This document shows positions 7,983 to 16,983 of a DNA stretch of 64,000 nt, piece after piece (within the stretch, counting starts at the first letter, position 1; each line of letters opens with the position of its first letter). A model generated the notes under the pieces. That model was not told the DNA's origin. It ran no database searches and saw only the letters and a list, made by a program, of their open reading frames with translations. The translations under genes were made by a program, and so were the position numbers. Source of the stretch: Bryobacterales bacterium (GTDB lineage Bacteria; Acidobacteriota; Terriglobia; Bryobacterales; UBA6623); the NCBI GenBank assembly GCA_022823865.1, contig JAJEHF010000085.1:631-64630 (forward strand), in the 5' to 3' direction.

Positions 7983-10709
7983 CTAGACCTTGGTGCGGTA
8001 TTTGTCCGTCAGCATGCTGAGCTTTTCGTCAAGGCTCAGGCTCGGATCGATGCGCTCACGCTTGCCGCGGCGGTCGCTTGCCGGGCCGAACACCTGGCGG
8101 AACGGCTTGTCGCGCTCGTAGCGGCCCGAGTTGCGCGGACCTTGGCGCCGCCGGCCGTCGTTCCGCCGGTCCGGCCCGCGCCGGCGTGTATCGGCGGCGT
8201 CGCGCGCCGGGGCGGAGCGCGGGGGGTACATCGAGAGTCCGATGCGTCGGTTGCCTGGCAGCTGCGGGCGGATAAAGACCTCTACCGGATCGCCGGGGTG
8301 GAAGGCCGGCTTGGAATCGACCAACAGGCCGCGCTGGATCTGCGATACGTGCAAGAACGCGTCTTGGTCCGCTCCGATATCGACAAATGCGCCAAAGTCT
8401 GCGGTGTTTGAGACCACGCCGGCAACTTGAGCGCCGGCCTGCAACTCGTCATCCGTGCGCAGCGCCACGGCCCGTTCCGGGAGCTTGAACGTCCCGCGGA
8501 CCTGTCGGCGCTCGGGCCTGAGTTCGCTGATGGCGGACTTGACCAGCAGCACGGACCGATCCGGACCGGCGAACTGCTCCGGGTCGATGGCGTCCAGGCG
8601 GTCCGGTTCGTTGAGCAGTGTGAGCAGGTCGCAGCCAGCGGCTTCGGCGATTCGCTCGTGCAATTCCCGGTATTGCGGGTGTGCGCCCGTGTTGTCCAGC
8701 AGGTCGCCGCCGTTCACCCTCAGAAAGCCGACCGCCTGGGCGAAGATCCGGTCGTTCAGGCCATCGACGCGGCGCAGGTCGTCGCGCGATTCGAATGGGC
8801 CGCGCTGCTTGCGATCGTCCACTACGCGTTTCGCGAGCCTCTCGGTGAATCCGGGCACTAGCGACAGCAGTGACACCGAGGCCTGGTTGGCGTCGATGCC
8901 GACATCGTGGGCGGCGCACTCCAGCTCGCGCCGGAACGCATCGCGCAGCAGGTCGGAGTTGAGCTCGAGATAGTTCTGTCCGACTCCGGTCGATCTGAAG
9001 TCCGCCTTGGCCAGTTCCGCCAGAGGGTCCTGAACGCGACGGGCCAGGCTTGCCGCGGTCGCGAACGTCCAGGGAAGGCGCCGGTACTCCTTCTTCGCCA
9101 TTGGCGTTTGCGCATACATCCGCGCACCGGAATCGCGCACCGGGCGCGACGGGATGTGCATTTTGCCCGACTTGCGGATTTGGGAGCGCAGGTACTCGTC
9201 GATGGTGTGGGGCTTGGGGCCAGGGCCGTAGACGATCAGGTCCACTTGATGACTCGCCAAGAACTCGCTCAGTTCGACCTGTTGAGTGCGCTTCTTGCGG
9301 CTCTCCTTGGGCGTTGGCTCGGTCGGCTTCGCAGGTTCCGGCGCGCCGGGCCCGGCTGCTTCCACGGCGGCCGCCTCATCGGCCGCCTCGCCGACACCTG
9401 CGTCTTCGGTCTTGTTCTCTCCCCCCTCCTTCGCCTCCGCCAAGACTTCGGCGACACCAGCATCTGCCGCCGCTTCAGCCTCTGGCTGGGTTTCGGACGA
9501 GGCTTCCGGCGAGGCTTCGGACGAAGCCTCGGATGAGGGTTCTGGCGAGGCTTCCGTCCGTGCGGCCCCGTCGGTCGCTGGCGCTGCGGGCGGCTCCTCG
9601 GTTGTGGCAGCTGAGTCACGCTCGTGCCTGGCGGACTTTCCGTTGCTGCGCACGACAGCGCACTCGGCCAAGCGACCCTCCGTGTCGATGAGCGCGGCGT
9701 GCCACTCGCCCGAGCGCGTGATTTCGATGCCGAGGATATTGAGATTGGACGCCGGCGGCGCGAGCAGGGCGGCCCGCAGGGCCCTGCGGTAGGCTTCGAT
9801 CCCCTGTTCGTCGGTTCGCTCGTCGAGATACGTCTGGACGTTGTGCTTGATGCGGTCGGCAAGTCCGTTGCCCAGAGCGACCTCGACCACCCGCCTCAAG
9901 TGCGGCGCGTAGGACGACTCCGCGTCTTGAATCAGGCGCCGCTCGAGGAATGTCGCCGTGGCACTGGTCGGCGGCACGAAGTCCATCTCGAGCAATCCGC
10001 TGCGCAGCCCGCGCCGAATGGAAAGGCGCTTCTTCCAATCGATCGAGGCTAGCTTGGCGCGAAACCCGTCGAGTTCTTGCACGCGCGGAGCCTTGGCCGC
10101 TTCGGGCCGCGCGGTCAGCACGATCTCGGAATCCCGCAGGTAGATCTTGCGCAGAGCTTGCAGGATCTCGGGCTTGTCGCTCAGCCACTGGGCCGCAATC
10201 GCGTAGGCGCCTTCCAGCACGTCGCCATCGCTCTCCAAGCCGTTGTCCGCAGCGACAAGCTTGGCAACTTCCGCGTCGATATCGGCGCCATCCTGCTGGG
10301 CCCACAGCAGCCGCGCGAGGGGGTCAAGACCCTTTGCGATGGCCTCTTCTGCCGGACCCGGCTTGCGCTCGCGGTACGGCATGAACAAGTCGTTGAGTTC
10401 GCGCCGATCGGTGGCCTGCTCGAGGTGCTTGCGCAACTCGTCCGACATGACGCCGCGCTGCCTAAGCGAAGCCATCATCGAAATGCGGCGGTCGATCAGG
10501 TCCCGGACATCCGCGAGCTTCTGCAAGACGCGTTGGATGCCGCGTTCGTCGATACCCGCGCACAGATCGGCGCGGTAGCGTGCGAGAAACGCGGCTGACG
10601 CGCCGTTTTCGACCTGCTGCACCAACTCCAGCAGGTCCTTCAGAGGGATGCCGACTTCCTCGGAGACCCGCACGAGGGAATCTACGGGTAGCCCAGTGAG
10701 TGGTTTCAT
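7983..10709 (-). CDS. Tex-like transcription accessory protein (S1 domain) with an acidic low-complexity insert and a basic tail
   Basis: N-terminal Tex-like helices (ASAAFLARYRADL...DLFMPYRERKP), a C-terminal S1 fold (AGVVSNTADFGAFVDIGADQDAFLHVSQI), then an Arg-rich tail. 908 aa. Confidence 0.85.
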   Translation of the reverse strand: MKPLTGLPVDSLVRVSEEVGIPLKDLLELVQQVENGASAAFLARYRADLCAGIDERGIQRVLQKLADVRDLIDRRISMMASLRQRGVMSDELRKHLEQATDRRELNDLFMPYRERKPGPAEEAIAKGLDPLARLLWAQQDGADIDAEVAKLVAADNGLESDGDVLEGAYAIAAQWLSDKPEILQALRKIYLRDSEIVLTARPEAAKAPRVQELDGFRAKLASIDWKKRLSIRRGLRSGLLEMDFVPPTSATATFLERRLIQDAESSYAPHLRRVVEVALGNGLADRIKHNVQTYLDERTDEQGIEAYRRALRAALLAPPASNLNILGIEITRSGEWHAALIDTEGRLAECAVVRSNGKSARHERDSAATTEEPPAAPATDGAARTEASPEPSSEASSEASPEASSETQPEAEAAADAGVAEVLAEAKEGGENKTEDAGVGEAADEAAAVEAAGPGAPEPAKPTEPTPKESRKKRTQQVELSEFLASHQVDLIVYGPGPKPHTIDEYLRSQIRKSGKMHIPSRPVRDSGARMYAQTPMAKKEYRRLPWTFATAASLARRVQDPLAELAKADFRSTGVGQNYLELNSDLLRDAFRRELECAAHDVGIDANQASVSLLSLVPGFTERLAKRVVDDRKQRGPFESRDDLRRVDGLNDRIFAQAVGFLRVNGGDLLDNTGAHPQYRELHERIAEAAGCDLLTLLNEPDRLDAIDPEQFAGPDRSVLLVKSAISELRPERRQVRGTFKLPERAVALRTDDELQAGAQVAGVVSNTADFGAFVDIGADQDAFLHVSQIQRGLLVDSKPAFHPGDPVEVFIRPQLPGNRRIGLSMYPPRSAPARDAADTRRRGPDRRNDGRRRQGPRNSGRYERDKPFRQVFGPASDRRGKRERIDPSLSLDEKLSMLTDKYRTKV
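9290..9640 (-). repeat. Low-complexity acidic Ser/Glu/Ala/Pro coding repeat inside the tex-like gene
   Basis: Encodes ...TEASPEPSSEASSEASPEASSETQPEAEAAADAG...EAADEAAAVEAAGPGAPEPAKPTEPTPK. The DNA shows imperfect 12-nt periodicity around 9495-9555. Confidence 0.7.
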
Positions 10710-10755
10710 TAGTTGATCAAGAACCCTGTATAGCTTTCTGTATCATAAGTCAACC

Positions 10756-11370
10756 ATGGGGTTGTGCGCGTGTCGGTTATGGCAGGCGTGCGCGGTGGCG
10801 TTGCTGGCGTCGGCCGCGCCGGGCCTCGGGCAGGTCATCGAGTTCCGCTCGAGCGGCATGGATTACCAAGTCCTGACCCGCCGCGGGCTCACGGTGATGT
10901 GCGCCGAAATGCCCCTCAAGACCGCTCGGTACTCGCTGGTCCACGTGGCCGTGAGCAACGGCAGCGAGGAGACCTGGCAGGTTGACACCGCCAGCTTCGC
11001 GATCGAATACGACAGCGGCAAGCGGGTGGCGGCGGTATCCGAGCAGCGGGTTATCGACGAGTTCTTCCGAACCGCGCGGCGCTCGGAACTGGTCAAGCTG
11101 CAGGCGGCCTACGAAGCCGCGGTTTACACCAATCAGTACATCCGCCCGAACAACAGCTACGAGAAGCGCCGGCTGTCGGCGCTGGCGATCGGCCCCAAGG
11201 GCTTGAAGGCTTCCGCCGCGGCCGCGGCGATCACCTTCGTCAGCGGCAAGGTCCATCCCGGAGACTCCACCGACGGCGCGATCTTCTTTCCGGTCCCGGG
11301 CCGGAACCCGGGCCAGGGCAAGATCGTCGCCCAGCTCGGCGGCGAGACCTTTGAGTTCCTGTCGCGCTAG
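10756..11370 (+). CDS. Secreted hypothetical protein
   Basis: 204 aa with a signal-like N-terminus (CAVALLASAAPGLGQ). No family recognised. Confidence 0.55.
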   Translation: MGLCACRLWQACAVALLASAAPGLGQVIEFRSSGMDYQVLTRRGLTVMCAEMPLKTARYSLVHVAVSNGSEETWQVDTASFAIEYDSGKRVAAVSEQRVIDEFFRTARRSELVKLQAAYEAAVYTNQYIRPNNSYEKRRLSALAIGPKGLKASAAAAAITFVSGKVHPGDSTDGAIFFPVPGRNPGQGKIVAQLGGETFEFLSR

Positions 11371-11462
11371 CGCTGGGACAGCGCCCGGAAGAAGTCGAAT
11401 TTCCCCCATCGATCGAGCTTCCCAGGCCCTGCGAGTGCACGGGCCGCGGGAGGTCCCAAACG

Positions 11463-12734
11463 CTATATGAACGCCACGGAACCGTCAGCCCGGAATCCGG
11501 TCGTTCGTTTCCAGGGCCTGGGCGGATAGTGCTGGAAGGCCTCTTCGTTCAGCTCGACCCCCCAGCCAGGCTTGTTCGGGATGTCGGCATAGCCGTCCTT
11601 TACCATCGGCGGCTCGTCGAGCACGTCCCGTCGCGCCTCATCCACGGGAGCCCTGTACTCGAGGATCAGGAAGTTCGGCGTGGACGCGGCGAAGTGGATG
11701 TTGACCATGGTCGCGAGAGGGCTCATCGGGTTGTGGGGGGCGACCATCATGTACTGGGCCTCGGCCATCGCCGCGATCTTCTTCATCTCCATGATCCCGC
11801 CGCAGACGCAGACATCGGGCTGGACGATATCGAGCGCCTGGATGTTGATCAGGTCGCGGAACTCGAACTTCGTGTAGTTGCACTCGCCGGATGCCAGCGG
11901 GATGTTCGCATGGTCGGCCAGCTTCTTCATCGCGTCCGGGTTCTCGGGCCGGATCGGCTCCTCAAGCCAGAACGGGTAGTGGGGTTCGATCTCCTTGGCG
12001 ACCCGGATCGCGCGCTGGACCTCGAAGTAGCGCGCGTGGATGTCCACAGCGATGTCGTGGTCAGCGCCAACCGCCTCGCGAACCGCTCCCACTCGCTCGC
12101 CGGCGGTGCGCGTGACTTCGTTGTAGGGCATCTCGTTGTCGCCGGGATTGTGCGGCGACATCTTGCAGGCGTTGTAGCCGAAGCGCTCGCGAAGCTCGAC
12201 GGCGTTCTCTGCCGCTTCCTGCGGGCTGGAGCCGCCGATCGACTGGTAGAGCCGGACCTTGTTGCGCACGCGCCCTCCCAGCAGTGCCCAGACGGGCAGG
12301 CCGGCCGCCTTGCCGGCGATGTCCCAGAGCGCGTGCTCGATGCCGCTGATCGCCGAGTTGACGACGGAGCCTCCGGGGAACCGAGTGGTGTTGTACATGT
12401 AGTCCCAGAGGTGCTGGATGTTGCGCGGGTCCTGGCCCACGAGCCATCGCGCGTAGTCCTCGATGACCTTGACTGTCGCCTCATCCGGGCCGCACGAATA
12501 GGCCTCGCCGATCCCGTGAATGCCTTGGTCGGTCAGGACCTTCACGTAGACCCAGTTCCGGCCGCTGATGTTGCCCGTGCCTCCTTGCTCCCCGCGGGTA
12601 CTGCCCACGAGGAAGGTCTTGATCTCGGTGATCTTCATGGAGGGCTGGTTTCCGACCTGCGCAGGAGCTTGGAACGGGGCTGCGGCTGTTGCTGCAGCCA
12701 GCCCGCCGTGACGAAGGAATGAGCGACGTTGCAC
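11463..12734 (-). CDS. Enolase-superfamily (mandelate racemase / galactonate dehydratase-like) enzyme with Tat signal
   Basis: MQRRSFLRHGGLAAATAAAP, then MKITEIKTFLV...NWVYVKVLTDQGIHGIGEAY (N-terminal capping domain) and acid-sugar dehydratase-like barrel motifs. Confidence 0.85.
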   Translation of the reverse strand: MQRRSFLRHGGLAAATAAAPFQAPAQVGNQPSMKITEIKTFLVGSTRGEQGGTGNISGRNWVYVKVLTDQGIHGIGEAYSCGPDEATVKVIEDYARWLVGQDPRNIQHLWDYMYNTTRFPGGSVVNSAISGIEHALWDIAGKAAGLPVWALLGGRVRNKVRLYQSIGGSSPQEAAENAVELRERFGYNACKMSPHNPGDNEMPYNEVTRTAGERVGAVREAVGADHDIAVDIHARYFEVQRAIRVAKEIEPHYPFWLEEPIRPENPDAMKKLADHANIPLASGECNYTKFEFRDLINIQALDIVQPDVCVCGGIMEMKKIAAMAEAQYMMVAPHNPMSPLATMVNIHFAASTPNFLILEYRAPVDEARRDVLDEPPMVKDGYADIPNKPGWGVELNEEAFQHYPPRPWKRTTGFRADGSVAFI

Positions 12735-12929
12735 GGTCTAGAAGTTTGTCGCAACCCGGGCGCCGTGTCAACTTGGCATTCGCGGTCTGAGCTTTCCCAG
12801 AAACACACGCTCAAAGCGTCCGCGAACGCACTCGGCCGGGCAAGATGCGCGTATGAGACGCGGGGTTTGGGAGGACGACGATCCCCGGGGCCTCTGAGCG
12901 GCGAGGATTGCGGCTACAATCGGCGAACG

Positions 12930-15437
12930 ATGATGTGCGCTCGGCTGTTGCTCCTGCCGCTCGGGCTCGGTTCCCTGCTTTGCGGACAGTTCTACCAACC
13001 GTCGTCAGAGCCTCCGCGCGGCTGGCTGCCAATCCCAATGACGTTTCCGAGCAAGATCACCGCTGATCGGCTCGAGAATGCCGAACGGCCTGCAATCGCC
13101 CGGGACGCTAGCGGCACGACTTGGATAGCTTGGTCGTCGTGCCGCCCAGAAACGGATTCTTGGCCGGTTGACGATCCCCGCATCGATGCGTGGAACTGGC
13201 CGGATGACGGGCAGGACTCGATCTTCATTCGGCAATTCGACGGCCAGGACTGGGGCGACGAGCAGACTGTCAGCGAAGTTCCCGGCGTGAACCACCGGCC
13301 GGCCGTGATTGCCCAGGGAAGTGAAGTAAGGGTCCTTTGGACCTCAAGGCGGGGCGGCCTCTGGGCAGCTTATGAGAGGGTGTACGACGGACGTTCCTGG
13401 TCGCGCGAGCGCATGATCCCGCGAAGCGAGGGCACGCTAGAGATTCGCTCTGCGCGTCTGGACGGCGGGGGTGCGGTAGCCGTCATTCGCAAGCTGCAGC
13501 CTCCTCGCATCGAATTGCAGGCGCTCGTGCTGGAGGGGGATGCGTGGGGCGCGCCCGTGCGCGTGGATGAGGGCGCGGGCCGCTGCTTCCGCCCGAACAT
13601 ACTTGCCCTGCCGGGAGGCACTTGGCGCGTGGCTTGGGACGAGGAGCGGGACGGGAACTACGACGTCTACACCGCACAGGCCGGCGGCCAGGTCGAGCGT
13701 CTGACGACATCGGCGCTATGGGACACAGCGCCGTCCCAGGCTCTTGACGCGGAAGGCCGTGCCTGGGTCGCTTGGGAGCGCCGCGAAACGGTCGGCGGAC
13801 GCTTCGCCTACAGGGGACGCAGCATCTTCGCGAAAGTCTCGGGCGATTCCGGATGGACTTGGGCAGCGTCGCCGTTCGAGAACTCCGAGGACCCCGGACG
13901 GCTCACTCGGCATTCGCCTTATTGGGCAGCGCACGCGATGAGCGAGGAGCGATACCCGCAGCTACAGCTCCGCGAGAACGGTGACATGTGGCTCTTTTGG
14001 CTAGGCGGGGGGCGGATGTCGAGCGTGTCGTTCTCCGGCCGGGTATTGCGTGACGGGAAATGGTCCGACCCGAAACTCCTCTTCCACGATCCGAACCCCT
14101 ACACGGCCTTCCAGTTGCCGTCGGTTCGTCGCGGCGTAGACCTGGCTTCGAGCGGCAGGGGCCCGTACCAAGTCCCGTTGGCGAACCAACTTGTGACTGC
14201 ACTGGACGACAAGGACGGATGGCTCTGGATGGCCTACGAAGTTCCAAGGCGTCGACATATCGCCGACCGGCTCTGGGCGTTTGACATGACTCAGCGGCCC
14301 GGAGGCTACGGCGCAGATATCTACTCCCACCGGATCGATCTCGACGAGCGCCAGTCGAGGTTTCAAGAGGTTGTCGACGACCAAGAGCCCATCCCGGCAT
14401 TAGAGCCTCGCACTTATCGCCGCGACGCCCCGCAAAGCCTCGAGGTTGGCGATGAGCGCTACCGGCTTGCGTGGGGCGATCTCCACGGGCACACCGAGAA
14501 CGACGGCATCGGAACGTTCGACATGTACTACGCACACGGGCTCTTCGTGACGGGGATGGACTTCGTCGCATCGACGAACCACGACTTCACTCCCGACTTC
14601 CTGACGCAGTCGGAGTGGGCTGAAGTGCAGGCCTTGGCCGGCGTCTACGAAGATGCGGCCGAACGCGTTGCTTTCAGCGGCTGGGAGTGGACGACCGAGA
14701 GCCAGGACGAGCGAGGCGGGCATCGTGCGATGTACTTCCGAACCGACGACGCCCCGATTTTCCGATCGACGACGGTGACGTCGAACACGGTCTACAAGCT
14801 GTTCTCCCTGATCCGTCCGTGGGACGTCATTCTGCAGCCGCATCACAACGACTGGACAGGCTACGATGCGGCCTTGCAACCCGTGTTCGAGATCACGTCC
14901 GCGTGGCAGCAGGCGCGTGAAGAAGCCGCAGAGTTCAAAGAGCAAGGGCCCGTGTCGGCCGTCTGGGAAGCGCTGGACCGGGGCTACCGAATCGGCTTTG
15001 TCGGCTCCGGGGACTCTCATTGGATGGGGACTGGCGAAGACAACGGCATCACGGGTGCCTACGTAAAGGAGCTAACCCGCGACGGCGTCTTCGAAGCGAT
15101 CCGCGCCCGGCGGGTGTTTGCATCGACTGGCGGTCGGTTTCTGATCGACTTCCAGGTCAACGGAGCGTTCATGGGCGAGTCGGTCGAGGTAGACCGGGGG
15201 GAGCCGTTGCGCATTCATGTGCGGGTCGATGGCGAGCGCCCGGCTGAACTCGTCGAGATCGTGAAGGACCACAAGGTCATCCACGCGTCCGCGGGAACTG
15301 GCGGTTCCGTGGAGTTCGAGTTCTTGGACCGCTCGGGTCCTCGATCGGACGGCAGGGCTAGCTATTGCTACTTGCGGGTACGGCAAGGCGGCGACCAATA
15401 CGCATGGGTGAGTCCTGTCTGGATCGATTGGAGATAG
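12930..15437 (+). CDS. Secreted protein: W-rich beta-propeller-like N-terminal half plus PHP/CehA-type metallohydrolase-like C-terminal half
   Basis: Start moved to ATGATG at 12930, giving the signal peptide MMCARLLLLPLGLGSLLCGQ. Repeated xWxAW motifs (TWIAWSS, RVLWTS, WRVAWDE, AWVAWER). C-terminal AWGDLHGHTENDG...ASTNHD...GGHRAMYF is a His-rich metal site. Confidence 0.7.
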   Translation: MMCARLLLLPLGLGSLLCGQFYQPSSEPPRGWLPIPMTFPSKITADRLENAERPAIARDASGTTWIAWSSCRPETDSWPVDDPRIDAWNWPDDGQDSIFIRQFDGQDWGDEQTVSEVPGVNHRPAVIAQGSEVRVLWTSRRGGLWAAYERVYDGRSWSRERMIPRSEGTLEIRSARLDGGGAVAVIRKLQPPRIELQALVLEGDAWGAPVRVDEGAGRCFRPNILALPGGTWRVAWDEERDGNYDVYTAQAGGQVERLTTSALWDTAPSQALDAEGRAWVAWERRETVGGRFAYRGRSIFAKVSGDSGWTWAASPFENSEDPGRLTRHSPYWAAHAMSEERYPQLQLRENGDMWLFWLGGGRMSSVSFSGRVLRDGKWSDPKLLFHDPNPYTAFQLPSVRRGVDLASSGRGPYQVPLANQLVTALDDKDGWLWMAYEVPRRRHIADRLWAFDMTQRPGGYGADIYSHRIDLDERQSRFQEVVDDQEPIPALEPRTYRRDAPQSLEVGDERYRLAWGDLHGHTENDGIGTFDMYYAHGLFVTGMDFVASTNHDFTPDFLTQSEWAEVQALAGVYEDAAERVAFSGWEWTTESQDERGGHRAMYFRTDDAPIFRSTTVTSNTVYKLFSLIRPWDVILQPHHNDWTGYDAALQPVFEITSAWQQAREEAAEFKEQGPVSAVWEALDRGYRIGFVGSGDSHWMGTGEDNGITGAYVKELTRDGVFEAIRARRVFASTGGRFLIDFQVNGAFMGESVEVDRGEPLRIHVRVDGERPAELVEIVKDHKVIHASAGTGGSVEFEFLDRSGPRSDGRASYCYLRVRQGGDQYAWVSPVWIDWR

Positions 15438-15918
15438 GATTGCGGTGCGGGATCGAGGGCTTTCCTCGGCTGGATCGGGCCCGGATCGAACCCGCCGCAA
15501 ATTCGCTGGGCGAGACTGTCGGATTCTCTACGTGAGCGGATGAAGAGATGAACGGACGTGCAAGATTTTGGGCGACCGAAACAATAGGCGAAGGAGGCCG
15601 AGCCGGTCGAGCAGGGCAAGGACTAGTTGAGCGAGAGGTGGAGGGGATGCTCGTAGCGATCTAGCCGATGAGATCGCCTGAAGGCGCAATCCGGCCAGAC
15701 TGGCTTGGTTGCTCGAAGGCAAGTGCGGGAAGTGCCCCAGTGATTCTCTTGCAGGCCGCGACGGGTCGACTCTGCCGCGGCCGCCAGCACAAGCGGCCAA
15801 TACGGCTGTGATTGCGTGCGCATGGGAGTCGGTTCGGAATTCCGGTCGGCCAGCCCCGCGCGGACTTAGGCGCTCCTCTTCTTGATCGGTCGTATCTGTG
15901 GCCAACATCGGTCTGTCG

Positions 15919-16236
15919 TCAAATCGGGATTTCGACGTACGCTCCAGGCCCTGCTTGGTCAACTGCGGCCCGGATGTCATCGACATGGAGCTGAATACGG
16001 GGCCACGACGCAGCCAGCAGGACGATGATTGCCAATTCCCTGTCTACGAGGTTCTGTTGATGGCGGAGATTCTGATCCGTCGTGACCAGGAGCTGGTAGC
16101 CGTCTTCCTCCGCGCGGTCGAGCAACTCCCCGTTGCGCAAGCGAGACCAGCCTCGTTCGAAGGCCGTGTCAACCTCGTGCCGCCCCAAGTGCCTGCGGAG
16201 GGGTGCCGGCGTACCTTGGTCGAGCAGGACCCTCAA
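15919..16236 (-). CDS. DUF5615-like (PIN-like) putative toxin
   Basis: 105 aa. MRVLLDQGTP...LLVTTDQNL matches the DUF5615 pattern as I recall it. 4-nt overlap with the upstream DUF433 gene. Confidence 0.7.
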   Translation of the reverse strand: MRVLLDQGTPAPLRRHLGRHEVDTAFERGWSRLRNGELLDRAEEDGYQLLVTTDQNLRHQQNLVDRELAIIVLLAASWPRIQLHVDDIRAAVDQAGPGAYVEIPI

Positions 16237-16457
16237 GCTGCTGACACCTGCAGATCTCGGCGCTCGTGGTCAAGAACGCTTTCTGCCTGCCAGCGCTCAA
16301 CGCCCGGAAACCAATCTAGGAACTGCTCCACGGTTGCACCGTCCTTGAGGTTTTCGAATAGCGCGGCCACAGGTACCCGCGTGCCGCGAAACACCCACGC
16401 TCCGCTGACCTTGTCTGGGTCTCGCTCAATGGCCGGGCACGTGTTCCAGCTTGCCAT
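16233..16457 (-). CDS. DUF433-like putative antitoxin
   Basis: 74 aa. SGAWVFRGTRVPVAALFENLKDGATVEQFLDWFPGV matches the DUF433 core. Confidence 0.75.
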   Translation of the reverse strand: MASWNTCPAIERDPDKVSGAWVFRGTRVPVAALFENLKDGATVEQFLDWFPGVERWQAESVLDHERRDLQVSAA

Positions 16458-16983
16458 CAGATGCCCTCGCTCCCAGCGTGAGCCGCACTCCTCCGCATGC
16501 AGGAGGGACCGTCGGCTCCCTAGTGCTTTGTCATTTTCGCATTCCTGTCAATCTCGCTCACTGGCGAAATAGGTCGGCCAGCAGCCCGTCTATCCCGGAC
16601 CGCGACTCCCAGATACGAGGAGGATCCGATCCAGCGACTGTAGAAACGTCGACCCGTAGAGCTAGAGCGCGAAGCTGATCTCGTAGCCCGTTTTCCTGGT
16701 TCCCGCTTTGTAACACGCGGCGGGAGCATCCATCAGCCGCTAACCCGCATGAAGTCCTCGATGCGGCCCTCTTGGAGGAGAATCTGTGCTACGTCCTGCC
16801 GCTGCGAGTCCGGCGGGCACTCAAGAACCTATCACTTGTTGGCAAAGTTGGGGTCTCGACTTCGAAATCGTCAAATGACCGTCAAATAAAACGGATCATT
16901 GCAAATCGTTGAAAACAAGTGGTTTCCAGTCAGAGTTGGCCGCTTGACCGCGGAAACTGCGGTTCCTGATCAAATAAGAGTCG

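Noticed and set aside
9290-9640. Possible CRISPR-like or minisatellite array
   Set aside because: The periodicity is an in-frame codon repeat inside the tex-like gene (SEAS/PEAS units). There are no spacers and no repeat-spacer architecture. No CRISPR array was seen anywhere in the window.
12729-12929. N-terminal extensions of track ORFs: 12729 start, 27556-27780, 62837-63307, 52500-52589, 59252-59356, 57726-57794, 22567-22638, 29777-29977
   Set aside because: The extensions overlap the upstream gene or lack signal or fold sense. Internal starts give clean signal peptides, RBS motifs or ATGA/TGATG coupling with the preceding stop.
15477-15498. GGTTCGATCC T-loop-like motif on the minus strand, suggesting a tRNA
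   Set aside because: The flanking bases do not form a T-stem or an acceptor stem, and no cloverleaf is possible.
16740-16835. Minus-strand fragment …VAQILLQEGRIEDFMRVSG resembling the ribosomal protein S8-type motif I(L/A)xILxxEG(F/Y)IxD
   Set aside because: It spans only 31 codons, is immediately preceded by TGA TAG in frame, and has no start codon. It is coincidental similarity or a dead remnant, not a gene.
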